This document shows, one piece after another, positions 1-7,503 of a DNA stretch of 20,701 bases. The notes under the pieces were generated by a model. That model was not told where the DNA came from. It made no database searches and was given only the letters and a program-made list of their open reading frames with translations. Each line of letters begins with the position of its first letter. Within the stretch, counting starts at the first letter, position 1. The DNA is taken from contig JAOUEV010000056.1 in NCBI GenBank assembly GCA_029858565.1, positions 1 through 20,701 of the forward strand, in the 5' to 3' direction. This stretch comes from Nitrospirota bacterium (lineage in GTDB: Bacteria; Nitrospirota; UBA9217). Both the position numbers and the translations under genes were made by a program.

Positions 1-76
1 TGAACCGCCCGGTGCGGACCCGCATGCCGGGTGGTGTGGCAGGGGCGCGGCCTTTATGGCCGCCCCCTATGCCGAT
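1..76 (+). mobile_element. Group II intron, class IIC-like, 3' end only (domains V and VI); rest of the intron lies upstream of the window
   Basis: DV at 4-35: ACCGC-CCGG-TGCG-GACC-CGCA-TG-CCGG-GTGGT, a short DV with CGC triad and 2-nt bulge, typical of class C. DVI at 38-73 pairs GGCAGGGG..GCGGCC-TTTAT-GGCCGC..CCCT(A)TGCC with bulged branch A at 69. Ends in canonical ...GAT (AY) at 76. Confidence 0.93.
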
Positions 77-223
77 CATAGTACATCTTGCTTACTATTG
101 TCCTTTTGTACTATACCCCGCCTTTTTCCAGCGCCACCTTTTTCGTGACCTTGTGCCAGGTGATGCCCATTCCCTGTAGCTCAATAGCATGTACATCAGC
201 TTGATATCGACAATGAATTTGTA
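77..223. repeat. Diverged direct repeat of 7471-~7617 (3' end and downstream flank of the multiheme cytochrome gene)
   Basis: 77-168 aligns to 7471-7561 with about 8 substitutions and 1 indel by eye. GCATGTACATCAGCT is shared at 187-201 and 7581-7595. Similarity fades near 212-223. Confidence 0.93.
111..223 (-). pseudogene. C-terminal remnant of the ExtKL-type cytochrome gene, with a frameshift
   Basis: Encodes YKFIVDIKLMYMLLSYRE / GITWHKVTKKVALEKGGV* versus intact YDMTVEIELMYMPFGDKESGITWHKVTKKVTLEKGGV*. There is a 1-nt deletion near 169. Confidence 0.85.
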
Positions 224-276
224 TCGGCAGTGCTTTCCTTAGCTTTGCGCAATCTGTGCATCCGGTCCGGCGGGTT

Positions 277-993
277 TCACTTACCTTGCCGCAATTGGCC
301 TGCAAAGTCCGGCGGCAAGCCTTTCTCGATGATAGCTGTGGCGGTTCCGTTAATGTTGTATGGTACTCGCGGGAACTCCGAAAGAACCCTGTTTTCCGTG
401 ATCTCGATCAACGCAAAGCAGGCACGAGGATCTCCGTCTTTTGGTTTCCCGACGCTGCCGGCATTGATAAAGATACTGCCATCAAGGTCTTTTCTGAAGG
501 GTTTATGCGTATGGCCGAAGATCAGGACGTCGGCTCGGATCTTTTCCGCCATTTCGCGGAAGAACTTGTCCGGACGGTCCTCGTACCAGTAGAGGTTGTG
601 CTTGCGCGGCGATGCGTGGAAGAGCGCAACCACCCGGCCATGACTGGTGAACGTCAGCGTCTTCGGCAGCGAGGCCATGATCTCTCGGGCGCGATTGTCG
701 GCATGCTGCTTTGTCCATACAAATGAACGGTCCGCTAGTCCCGACTGCACAGGGTCCTCGTACTTGCATCCGCAATGTTCGCTGTTCAGCGCGACATTTT
801 CGTCGTAATTTCCCTGGACCCCCTCAATGCCGTGCGTAGCGGGAAATTCTGCGACTTCGTTGACAAAGGGGGCGTATCCGCCGAGGTCCCCAAGGTGGTA
901 TACCCGGTCCACCTTCTGCTTCATAACCGAATCGTATACCGCCGTCAATGCATCAATGTTCCCGTGAATGTCACCGAAAATCGCAAATCGCAT
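277..993 (-). CDS. Calcineurin-like metallophosphoesterase (YfcE/MJ0912-like) with a CGC motif
   Basis: Motifs GDIHGN, GDLGGY, GNYD, HAS, GHTH, NAGSVG. Start set at ATG 993 (MRFAIFGD); 23 nt downstream of the phoB stop. Confidence 0.9.
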   Translation of the reverse strand: MRFAIFGDIHGNIDALTAVYDSVMKQKVDRVYHLGDLGGYAPFVNEVAEFPATHGIEGVQGNYDENVALNSEHCGCKYEDPVQSGLADRSFVWTKQHADNRAREIMASLPKTLTFTSHGRVVALFHASPRKHNLYWYEDRPDKFFREMAEKIRADVLIFGHTHKPFRKDLDGSIFINAGSVGKPKDGDPRACFALIEITENRVLSEFPRVPYNINGTATAIIEKGLPPDFAGQLRQGK

Positions 994-1016
994 GTGAGTC
1001 CCGCCCCTGGAGACGA

Positions 1017-1715
1017 TCAACTTTCATCGCTGAAACTGTAACCCACGCCGCGCACCGTGCGGATGAATTCGACGATCCCCGCTTTTTCCAGTTCGGCCCG
1101 CAAGCGCCTGATATGCACATCCACCGTGCGTTCCTCCACAAAAGCCTCGCCTTTCCATACCGCGTCCAGGATCCGGTCCCGGGTGAAAACCCTGCCTTTC
1201 CGTTCCATCAGGAACCTGAGCAGGCGGAACTCGATCGGAGAAAGATCGATGGTTATCCCTCCCGATTGCACCAGGTGGCGTTCCAAATCCACAGCGAGAG
1301 TCCCTGCGCGGAGTACTTTTTCCGCGGTGACGCCGCCTTCCGTCCTGCGCAGCACGCTTTTGACCCGGGCCATGAGTTCGCGCACGCTGAAGGGCTTGGT
1401 GACATAATCGTCCGCTCCGGTCTCAAGGCCCATGATCTTGTCCATCTCATCAGCGCGCGCCGTGAGCATGATGACAGGGACGGCGGCTGTTGCGGGGTCT
1501 TTCTTGAAGATCCGGCAAAGTTCCATGCCTGACATCCCCGGCAGCATGAGGTCCAGGAGGATCAGCTGGTACGGCCTCTCGCGGACCATACGAAGAGCAT
1601 CGTCGCCGGTCATGGCCTCGTCTACCAGGTACCCGTCCTTCTTAAGGTTGTACGTGACGAGCTGCAGGATATCCCGCTCGTCGTCAACCACCAATATCCG
1701 CAATTTCGGTTCCAT
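1017..1715 (-). CDS. phoB: OmpR/PhoB-family response regulator, probable phosphate regulon regulator PhoB
   Basis: REC domain (VVDDE, LLDLMLP, MLTA, KPF) plus winged helix ERTVDVHIRRLR...IRTVRGVGY. Context of pstS, psiE and Pho boxes. Start at ATG 1715. Confidence 0.88.
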   Translation of the reverse strand: MEPKLRILVVDDERDILQLVTYNLKKDGYLVDEAMTGDDALRMVRERPYQLILLDLMLPGMSGMELCRIFKKDPATAAVPVIMLTARADEMDKIMGLETGADDYVTKPFSVRELMARVKSVLRRTEGGVTAEKVLRAGTLAVDLERHLVQSGGITIDLSPIEFRLLRFLMERKGRVFTRDRILDAVWKGEAFVEERTVDVHIRRLRAELEKAGIVEFIRTVRGVGYSFSDES

Positions 1716-1721
1716 GCTCCG

Positions 1722-1750
1722 ATAGTACGCAAATTGAAAAACCGGAGCAA
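1722..1750 (-). promoter_or_regulatory. Sigma70-type promoter of phoB, predicted leaderless transcript
   Basis: Minus strand reads TTGCTC-17 nt-TACTAT-6 nt-ATG. Confidence 0.6.
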
Positions 1751-1762
1751 GTGAAAAAACGA

Positions 1763-1829
1763 TCGTCAGACGGGATTCACGCACTTGTAACGGCATCGTA
1801 ACACAATTGTCACATGCCGCAGGTAGGAT
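1763..1829 (+). promoter_or_regulatory. Pho-box array and -10 element of psiE
   Basis: Heptamers at exact 11-bp period: TCGTCAG 1763, GATTCAC 1774, TTGTAAC 1785, TCGTAAC 1796, TTGTCAC 1807; then 10 nt and TAGGAT at 1824. Confidence 0.85.
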
Positions 1830-1885
1830 TGCCCAAAGCGAGGCTGCGGGACCGCATCCCGCCTCGAAAAGCAGGAAAGGAACGC

Positions 1886-2284
1886 ATGAACACCTTTAAC
1901 AAATTCATCGATATTTTGCTCAAGTTCATGGTTCCGCTGGTGATCATCGCGCTTATTTTGGGCATCGCACGGGTCATTGTGGACCTCAGGATGGTCTTCG
2001 GCAGCCCCACCATTACCGAGGGCTTCGACCGGATGATCACGAACATATTGTCGCTGTTCGTGGTGATCGAGTTGCTCAAGAGCCTTCTGGAGTATTTTGA
2101 CCATCATCGCATCAAGCTCACATTCATCACGGACGCGGCACTCGTTTTCGTACTGCGGGAGATCATGATCGGCATGTTCCAGCATTCCATGGCCGCGAAG
2201 GAGATTCTGGCGCTGTCGGCGCTCATTCTCGTGATTGGCGGCGTGCGCACCCTGGCGGTCGTGTTCTCGCCGGACAAACCGTGA
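1886..2284 (+). CDS. psiE: Phosphate-starvation-inducible PsiE-family membrane protein
   Basis: Four hydrophobic helices; ILSLFVVIELLKSLLEYF..HRIKLTFITDAALVFVLREI pattern. AAAGGAA RBS before ATG 1886; Pho boxes upstream. Confidence 0.85.
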   Translation: MNTFNKFIDILLKFMVPLVIIALILGIARVIVDLRMVFGSPTITEGFDRMITNILSLFVVIELLKSLLEYFDHHRIKLTFITDAALVFVLREIMIGMFQHSMAAKEILALSALILVIGGVRTLAVVFSPDKP

Positions 2285-2397
2285 AGATCCTGACGGAACA
2301 GAGTATGTCCCAAAAAATCATCGATTGGGTGGAATCGATCGCCCTGGTCATAAGCCTGATCGGCGGAGTACTGCTGGTCCTGTACCACTGGCATTGA
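2281..2397 (+). CDS. Small single-pass membrane protein (38 aa from GTG 2281, or 30 aa from ATG 2305); not in the ORF track
   Basis: (MKILTEQS)MSQKIIDWVESIALVISLIGGVLLVLYHWH*. GTGA overlap with the psiE stop; one clear hydrophobic segment. Confidence 0.5.
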   Translation: MKILTEQSMSQKIIDWVESIALVISLIGGVLLVLYHWH

Positions 2398-2470
2398 GAT
2401 TTGCGGTCTCCATGACCATACCTGACAGCGTGAGATCCCCGCGCATGTTTTACTCTCCCAGCCAGTCTGA

Positions 2471-2526
2471 CCGTAACAGAATCTTCATGGAGACGTAACG
2501 CTCCTGCAATGTCCCGCCGGTACTAT
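2471..2526 (+). promoter_or_regulatory. Pho-box array and -10 element of the signalling/porin operon
   Basis: CCGTAAC 2471, TCTTCAT 2482, ACGTAAC 2493, CTGCAAT 2504 (11-bp period); then 10 nt and TACTAT at 2521. Confidence 0.78.
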
Positions 2527-2720
2527 CTGTGTAATGATTCTCTTCGATCTTCGCATCCAGCGTATCTATATTGCGAGCAGTGACTTCCATAAACAGCGCC
2601 ATCTGTATTCCAGGAAGACGCTTCCGAACTGCACGAAGAATATCCTCGCGGTGAAAAAGCATCCGGCACAACAAGGGTGTAGCGATCACTCTGATCCGGA
2701 ACTGACAAGGAGACGATCCG

Positions 2721-3341
2721 ATGAACGAACTGGTCCTGATCGTGGAAGACGAAAGGTCTCTCACGGAATTGCTTGGCTACAACCTGCAAAAAGCGGGATA
2801 CAGGACTGCAGTGGCGGAGAACGGCGCGCAGGCGATCCGGAACGTGCGCTCGGAAGTCCCGGATATTGTGCTGCTGGACATTCTGCTGCCGGAAATGGAC
2901 GGATGGGAGGTTTGCAGGATGCTCAGGAACAGCAAGCAAGGTTCCACCCTTCCCATCATCATGGTGACGGCCCTCGCATCGGAGGACATCCGCATACGAG
3001 GACTGCGCGAGGGCGCCGACGACGTGATCGCGAAACCCTTTGTCGTCGGCGAGCTGTTGTTCAAGGTCCGGAAGCTTCTGGACAAGAATATGGTGATCAG
3101 CGCTTTCCGGAACAGGACCGAAGGGCAGGATGCTTCGATGCGCCATCTGATCCACGAGCTCAGGAATTCCCTTTCCGTCATCGGGGGATATGCAAACCTC
3201 GCGGCCTCGCGGGAGAACAGCGAACCGTGGGTAAAGCACGTGGTGTCCGCCGCGGACCGCATGGAACAGTTGCTGAGCAATGCGGCGACTGCGAAGTTTC
3301 CGGAAAAGGAAGCCGGAGAGGTGGGGGGACCGGGGGCATGA
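2721..3341 (+). CDS. Receiver domain plus HisKA (DHp) domain protein lacking an ATPase domain
   Basis: PhoB-like REC (IVEDE, LLDILLP, MVTA, KPF) followed by the H-box LIHELRNSLSVIGGYANL and a second helix, then stop. AAGGAG RBS. Confidence 0.85.
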   Translation: MNELVLIVEDERSLTELLGYNLQKAGYRTAVAENGAQAIRNVRSEVPDIVLLDILLPEMDGWEVCRMLRNSKQGSTLPIIMVTALASEDIRIRGLREGADDVIAKPFVVGELLFKVRKLLDKNMVISAFRNRTEGQDASMRHLIHELRNSLSVIGGYANLAASRENSEPWVKHVVSAADRMEQLLSNAATAKFPEKEAGEVGGPGA

Positions 3342-4537
3342 TGAGGACCTTGACGGAAAACGCGCTGACCTCGGCGGTCGGCAGCCTGATCGACTCCGCG
3401 GACTCCGTATCGTCGCAATCGACCGTCAACAGCGTTGCCGAGCGATTTTTCGGGAACACGGAACTCGAAGCGCTGGCGGTCGTGGACAGCGATGAGCCCG
3501 TCGGCCTGGTGACCAGGACCAAGCTGATGTTCAGTCTGTTCCGCAGGTACGGATTCGAACTTTACGGAAAGCGGCCCATTACCGCGGTTGCCGATGCCCG
3601 GCCCCTGATTGTCCCGGAGTCCGAACGGCTTGATGTGGTTATCGAGCGCGCCCTGGAGCGGCGGCCCCAGGATATCTACGACGAGATTATCGTGATCGAT
3701 GACGGCGGCCGGTACCGGGGGCTCCTGTCGGTGAAGCACCTGGTGGTCCAGCAGAGCAACGCGCTGGCCCAGACCATGCTGCAGAGGGAGATGGCGAGCG
3801 AACGGGCCCGGGAACTCGAACGCGAGAACGCCATGCGCTCGCAGTTCATGGCCCATGTGACCCACGAACTCCGGTCCCCGGTGAATGTCATCATCGGACT
3901 CTCGGAACTCATGCACATCGCGCTGGACAAGGGATCGATCGACCAGGTCCGGGACAGGCTGGGATCGATCATCTCGAACGCGACCAATCTCCGGACGATC
4001 GTCACGAACGTTCTCGATCTGTCCAAGCTCGAAGCGAATAAGATGCCCGTCTCCCTGCGCAGCTTCGATCTTGCCGATACGGTCCGGGAGGTTGCCGAAG
4101 CCGCGCGGGTACTTGTTCGCGCAAAACCGGTCGTGGTCGAGGTCTCGATCCCGGCGACAACGGTCCCCATCGAATCCGACCCGGTCAAGGTCCGGCAGAT
4201 CCTGATGAACCTTGCCGGCAACGCGGCCAAATTCACGGAACGGGGCTCCATCATGCTGGCCCTGTCCCTGAGCGGACACAGCGTCACCGTATCGGTCATC
4301 GACACCGGCATCGGCATCCGAACGGAACACCTGGATCGGCTGTTCCTTGCCTTCAGTCAGATCGAGGATGCGAAGACCAAACGGCATGAAGGCACGGGGC
4401 TGGGTCTCATGATCGCCCGGAGCATGGCGCGCCTGTTGGGAGGCGACCTGGACGTGGCAAGCGAGGCCGGTCAGGGAAGCACGTTCACCATTACCCTGCC
4501 GCGCAGGGCGGCACAGGAGGAAGCGAAAAATGCATAA
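3338..4537 (+). CDS. Soluble sensor histidine kinase with an N-terminal CBS pair
   Basis: ATGA overlap with the upstream gene. CBS pair (LAVVDSDEPVGLVTR...IIVIDDGGRYRGLLSV), H-box THELRSP, N-box NLAGNAAKFT, G1 DTGIGI, G2 GTGLGL. No TM helix. Confidence 0.9.
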   Translation: MMRTLTENALTSAVGSLIDSADSVSSQSTVNSVAERFFGNTELEALAVVDSDEPVGLVTRTKLMFSLFRRYGFELYGKRPITAVADARPLIVPESERLDVVIERALERRPQDIYDEIIVIDDGGRYRGLLSVKHLVVQQSNALAQTMLQREMASERARELERENAMRSQFMAHVTHELRSPVNVIIGLSELMHIALDKGSIDQVRDRLGSIISNATNLRTIVTNVLDLSKLEANKMPVSLRSFDLADTVREVAEAARVLVRAKPVVVEVSIPATTVPIESDPVKVRQILMNLAGNAAKFTERGSIMLALSLSGHSVTVSVIDTGIGIRTEHLDRLFLAFSQIEDAKTKRHEGTGLGLMIARSMARLLGGDLDVASEAGQGSTFTITLPRRAAQEEAKNA

Positions 4538-4949
4538 TCGGAAGAAGATCATGATCATCGACGACAACGAGGAAGTGCTCCGGGTCACGCGGGCCATTCT
4601 GGAACATGAAGGCTATGACGTCGTCACCCACCACAACGGGTTCGGCGCTACAAACGCCATCCGGGCGAACCGGCCGGACCTGGTGTTGCTGGACATCAAC
4701 ATGCCGGCGCTTTCAGGCGAGAATCTGGCGCCGATCATCCGTGAGAACGCTCATACGAACCGGGTGCCTGTCCTTTTCTACTCGTCAAATGACGAGGACA
4801 GCCTGCTCGAGAGCGTGACGCGCTTCGGCGTCGCGGGCTACATCTGCAAGGGCGACAGCGCGGATCTCCGGCGGAAAGCCGCCTATTTCCTCGGCAGCCA
4901 TCTGGCCGACGGGCAGGCTTTTGGCAGGCTTCTCTACGCGGTCGAATAG
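4530..4949 (+). CDS. Single-domain response regulator (CheY-like)
   Basis: IIDDN, LLDINMP, FYSS, ICKG. Overlaps the kinase stop; AGGAGG RBS. Confidence 0.88.
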   Translation: MHNRKKIMIIDDNEEVLRVTRAILEHEGYDVVTHHNGFGATNAIRANRPDLVLLDINMPALSGENLAPIIRENAHTNRVPVLFYSSNDEDSLLESVTRFGVAGYICKGDSADLRRKAAYFLGSHLADGQAFGRLLYAVE

Positions 4950-5022
4950 CCTGGGGGAGTGCCCCGGAAACGAAATTCACCAACCGATCATCGATCGGAT
5001 ATACCCTCAAGGAGGATGTGCA

Positions 5023-6168
5023 ATGAAAAAGCGGTTTGCAGCACTCGCGGTTATCGCGGTCAGTTGCTTGGCGGCGCCGGTATTCGGGGCCGAAGGCGAC
5101 GCGCCACTGGTAAAAGGGAACATCGAGGTCTACGGCGCGGCCAAGATGTCCGTTGATGTGATCGATACCGGCGCCAAGGCGGCGACGGCGGATACCACCA
5201 TGAACAAGGTCTCTTCGAACTCGTCCCGTCTGGGTTTCAAGGGATCCGAGGACCTGGGCGACGGCCTGAAGGCGGTGTTCCAGGTGGAGCTGGGGATCAA
5301 TATGGACGGCACCACCTCGACCGTCGCAACAGGCGTCAGCAACACGGCCACCGGCGCCGTCAGCACGACGAGCGTCAACACCATCAGCCTGCGGAACACT
5401 TTCGTCGGACTCGGGTCGGACGGTCTCGGGACCCTGATATTCGGCACCCATGATACGCCATACAAGGTCGCGACCGGCCAGTTCGACGCTTTCAGCGATA
5501 CCATGGGCGATTACAACGCAATTATGGGCAACGTAAACGGGGATGCGAACTTCGAGTTGCGGCCCAGGGATGTGATCGCGTATACGTCGCCGATCCTGGC
5601 CGGATTCCAGATCTCGGCGGCCACGGTCCTGTCGGAAACGACCAATACGGCCATTTCCGATGCAAGCGCCCATTCCTTCTCGGCGGCTTATAAAGCGGGC
5701 CCCCTGGCGCTCGCCGTCGCCCATGAGATCCACAAGAGCGGCATCGCGACGTGGGACGCGGCAACGACGATCACCGGCACCAGGGTCGGAGCGGGTTATG
5801 CGGTCGGCGGCACAAAGATCGGTCTTGTTTACGAGACCCTTTCCGACGACAAGGCGAATTCGAAATACAGCCGCAATGCCCTGCATGCAGCCGTCAGCCA
5901 GAAGTTCGGCAAGGAAACCGTAAAACTGGCATACGCCAAGGCGGACGACGGCGAGGATCCGACGACCAAGACCGGAGCGACGATGATCGTCGCAGGCATC
6001 GACCACAGTTTCTCCAAACGCACCGCAGTCTACGCCCTTTATGCGGCGACCAAGAACGACAAGGACGCCACCTACGGCCTCGGTCAGGGCGGCGCAGGCG
6101 GGGCATTCAAGCCGGGCAAGGATGAGGACCCCTCGGTCATATCCTTCGGCATCAATCACAGCTTCTGA
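5023..6168 (+). CDS. Outer-membrane trimeric-type porin (Gram-negative porin family)
   Basis: Signal peptide MKKRFAALAVIAVSCLAAPVFG; SRLGFKGSEDLGDGLKAVFQVE signature; HSFSKRTAVYA; C-terminal Phe. AAGGAGG RBS. Confidence 0.92.
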   Translation: MKKRFAALAVIAVSCLAAPVFGAEGDAPLVKGNIEVYGAAKMSVDVIDTGAKAATADTTMNKVSSNSSRLGFKGSEDLGDGLKAVFQVELGINMDGTTSTVATGVSNTATGAVSTTSVNTISLRNTFVGLGSDGLGTLIFGTHDTPYKVATGQFDAFSDTMGDYNAIMGNVNGDANFELRPRDVIAYTSPILAGFQISAATVLSETTNTAISDASAHSFSAAYKAGPLALAVAHEIHKSGIATWDAATTITGTRVGAGYAVGGTKIGLVYETLSDDKANSKYSRNALHAAVSQKFGKETVKLAYAKADDGEDPTTKTGATMIVAGIDHSFSKRTAVYALYAATKNDKDATYGLGQGGAGGAFKPGKDEDPSVISFGINHSF

Positions 6169-6178
6169 TCCGCTCCAG

Positions 6179-6234
6179 ACGTCATCGGGATGTAATGCAA
6201 CCGTAATTGAAATGTAACAACCGAATGGTATAAA
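6179..6234 (+). promoter_or_regulatory. Pho-box array and extended -10 element of pstS
   Basis: ACGTCAT 6179, ATGTAAT 6190, CCGTAAT 6201, ATGTAAC 6212 (11-bp period); then 10 nt and TG-G-TATAAA (hexamer at 6229). Confidence 0.85.
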
Positions 6235-6265
6235 CCGGCAGTCAAACATAAGGAGGTGTGTATCT

Positions 6266-7279
6266 ATGAAGAAATTGATTTATGTTGTAGCAGTTCTGTT
6301 CGTTGTTTTCGGAAGCATCGCTGCCGGTCACGCGGCGGAAACCCTGAACGGCGCGGGCGCGACCTTTCCCTATCCGGTCTACTCGGCCTGGGCTTTCGAG
6401 TACAGCAAGGTGGCGGGCACGCAGCTCAACTACCAGTCCATCGGCTCAGGCGGCGGTATCAAACAGATCATCGAGCGTACCGTGCACTTCGGCGCTTCGG
6501 ACAAACCGTTGAAACCCGAAGAACTCGCCAAGGACAAGCTCCTGCAGTTCCCTGCGGTGGTTGGGGGCGTGGTATTCGTCGTGAATATCGAAGGAGTCAA
6601 GGAAGGCACGATGAAACTTGACGGCGATACCGCCTGCGGTATTTTCCTCGGGGATATCAAAAAATGGAATGACCCGCGGATCGCGGGAATGAACAAGGAG
6701 CTGAAGCTGCCTGACGCCGACATCACGGTCGTGCATCGCTCCGATGGTTCCGGGACCACGGCGATCTTCACCGACTATCTGAACGGCGTATGCCCGGCAT
6801 GGAAGGATAGGGTCGGAAGCGGAACGTCGGTGAACTGGCCTGCCGGGATCGGCGGCAAGGGGAATGAGGGCGTTTCGAATTACGTGATACGGACCGCCAA
6901 TACCATCGGCTACGTGGAGTTCGCCTATGCCAGGCAGAACAAGATGGTGCACACCAAACTGAAGAACAAAGCCGGCGCCTTTGTGGAGCCGAGCTTCGAG
7001 AGCTTCGAGGATGCGGCCGAGACCGGAACCTTCGATCCGAAGCAGGATTTCTTCATCTGGCTTACCAACGCACCGGGCAAGAACGCATGGCCGGTCGCGG
7101 GAGCCACGTTCATCCTGCTTGCAAAAGAAAAGAAAGATGACAACCTCAAGGTCGTGAATTTCTTCGACTGGGCATTCCGGAACGGCGACACCAAGGCAAA
7201 GGAACTGATCTATGTGCCGCTTCCGAAATCCCTCAAGGACAAGATACGCGACTACTGGAAAGCCAACGGTATCTTGTAA
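6266..7279 (+). CDS. pstS: Phosphate ABC transporter periplasmic binding protein PstS
   Basis: GAGATFPYPVY, NYQSIGSGGG, FGASD, HRSDGSGTT, GGKGNEGV motifs; signal peptide; AAGGAGG RBS. Confidence 0.97.
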   Translation: MKKLIYVVAVLFVVFGSIAAGHAAETLNGAGATFPYPVYSAWAFEYSKVAGTQLNYQSIGSGGGIKQIIERTVHFGASDKPLKPEELAKDKLLQFPAVVGGVVFVVNIEGVKEGTMKLDGDTACGIFLGDIKKWNDPRIAGMNKELKLPDADITVVHRSDGSGTTAIFTDYLNGVCPAWKDRVGSGTSVNWPAGIGGKGNEGVSNYVIRTANTIGYVEFAYARQNKMVHTKLKNKAGAFVEPSFESFEDAAETGTFDPKQDFFIWLTNAPGKNAWPVAGATFILLAKEKKDDNLKVVNFFDWAFRNGDTKAKELIYVPLPKSLKDKIRDYWKANGIL

Positions 7280-7427
7280 ATCTCCAGTGGAACGCAGCTG
7301 TGCCAAACGGGTCAGGCATGGATAGGGAGTCTGCCCCTTTTTCCTTCGCAGGTGAGAAGCCTTCCTGGATAAGGAAGAGCAGGGACGAGGTAGATTATAA
7401 GATGCAGTGTTTCATGTTTGGCATCGG

Positions 7428-7463
7428 ATAAAATAAACGCCGGCAGGAAAACCCGCCGGCGTT
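7428..7463 (-). terminator. Intrinsic terminator of the cytochrome gene, possibly bidirectional with pstS
   Basis: Minus strand: AACGCCGGCGGG-TTTT-CCTGCCGGCGTT followed by TATTTTAT. Confidence 0.8.
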
Positions 7464-7503
7464 ATATTATCATAGTATATCTTGCTTACTCTTGTCTTTT
7501 GTA

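Noticed and set aside
111-305. 64-aa ORF as a real gene
   Set aside because: Only the last 18 codons match the cytochrome C-terminus; the homology continues in another frame, so it is a frameshifted remnant.
2450-2764. 104-aa minus-strand ORF across the signalling-operon leader
   Set aside because: Overlaps the Pho-box promoter and the REC gene start; no recognisable domain.
2534-3337. 268-codon N-terminal extension of the kinase ORF (667 aa call); its ATG lies 7 nt after the Pho-promoter -10
   Set aside because: It overlaps the well-formed REC-DHp gene in another frame and reads as Arg/Gly-rich shadow sequence. ATGA coupling at 3338 is the better start. A leaderless start at 2534 cannot be formally excluded.
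2777-4597. 606-aa antisense ORF (likewise 4735-6249, 11481-13079, 16191-18296, 19450-20538)
   Set aside because: Antisense shadows of strongly codon-biased GC-rich genes; no recognisable motifs.
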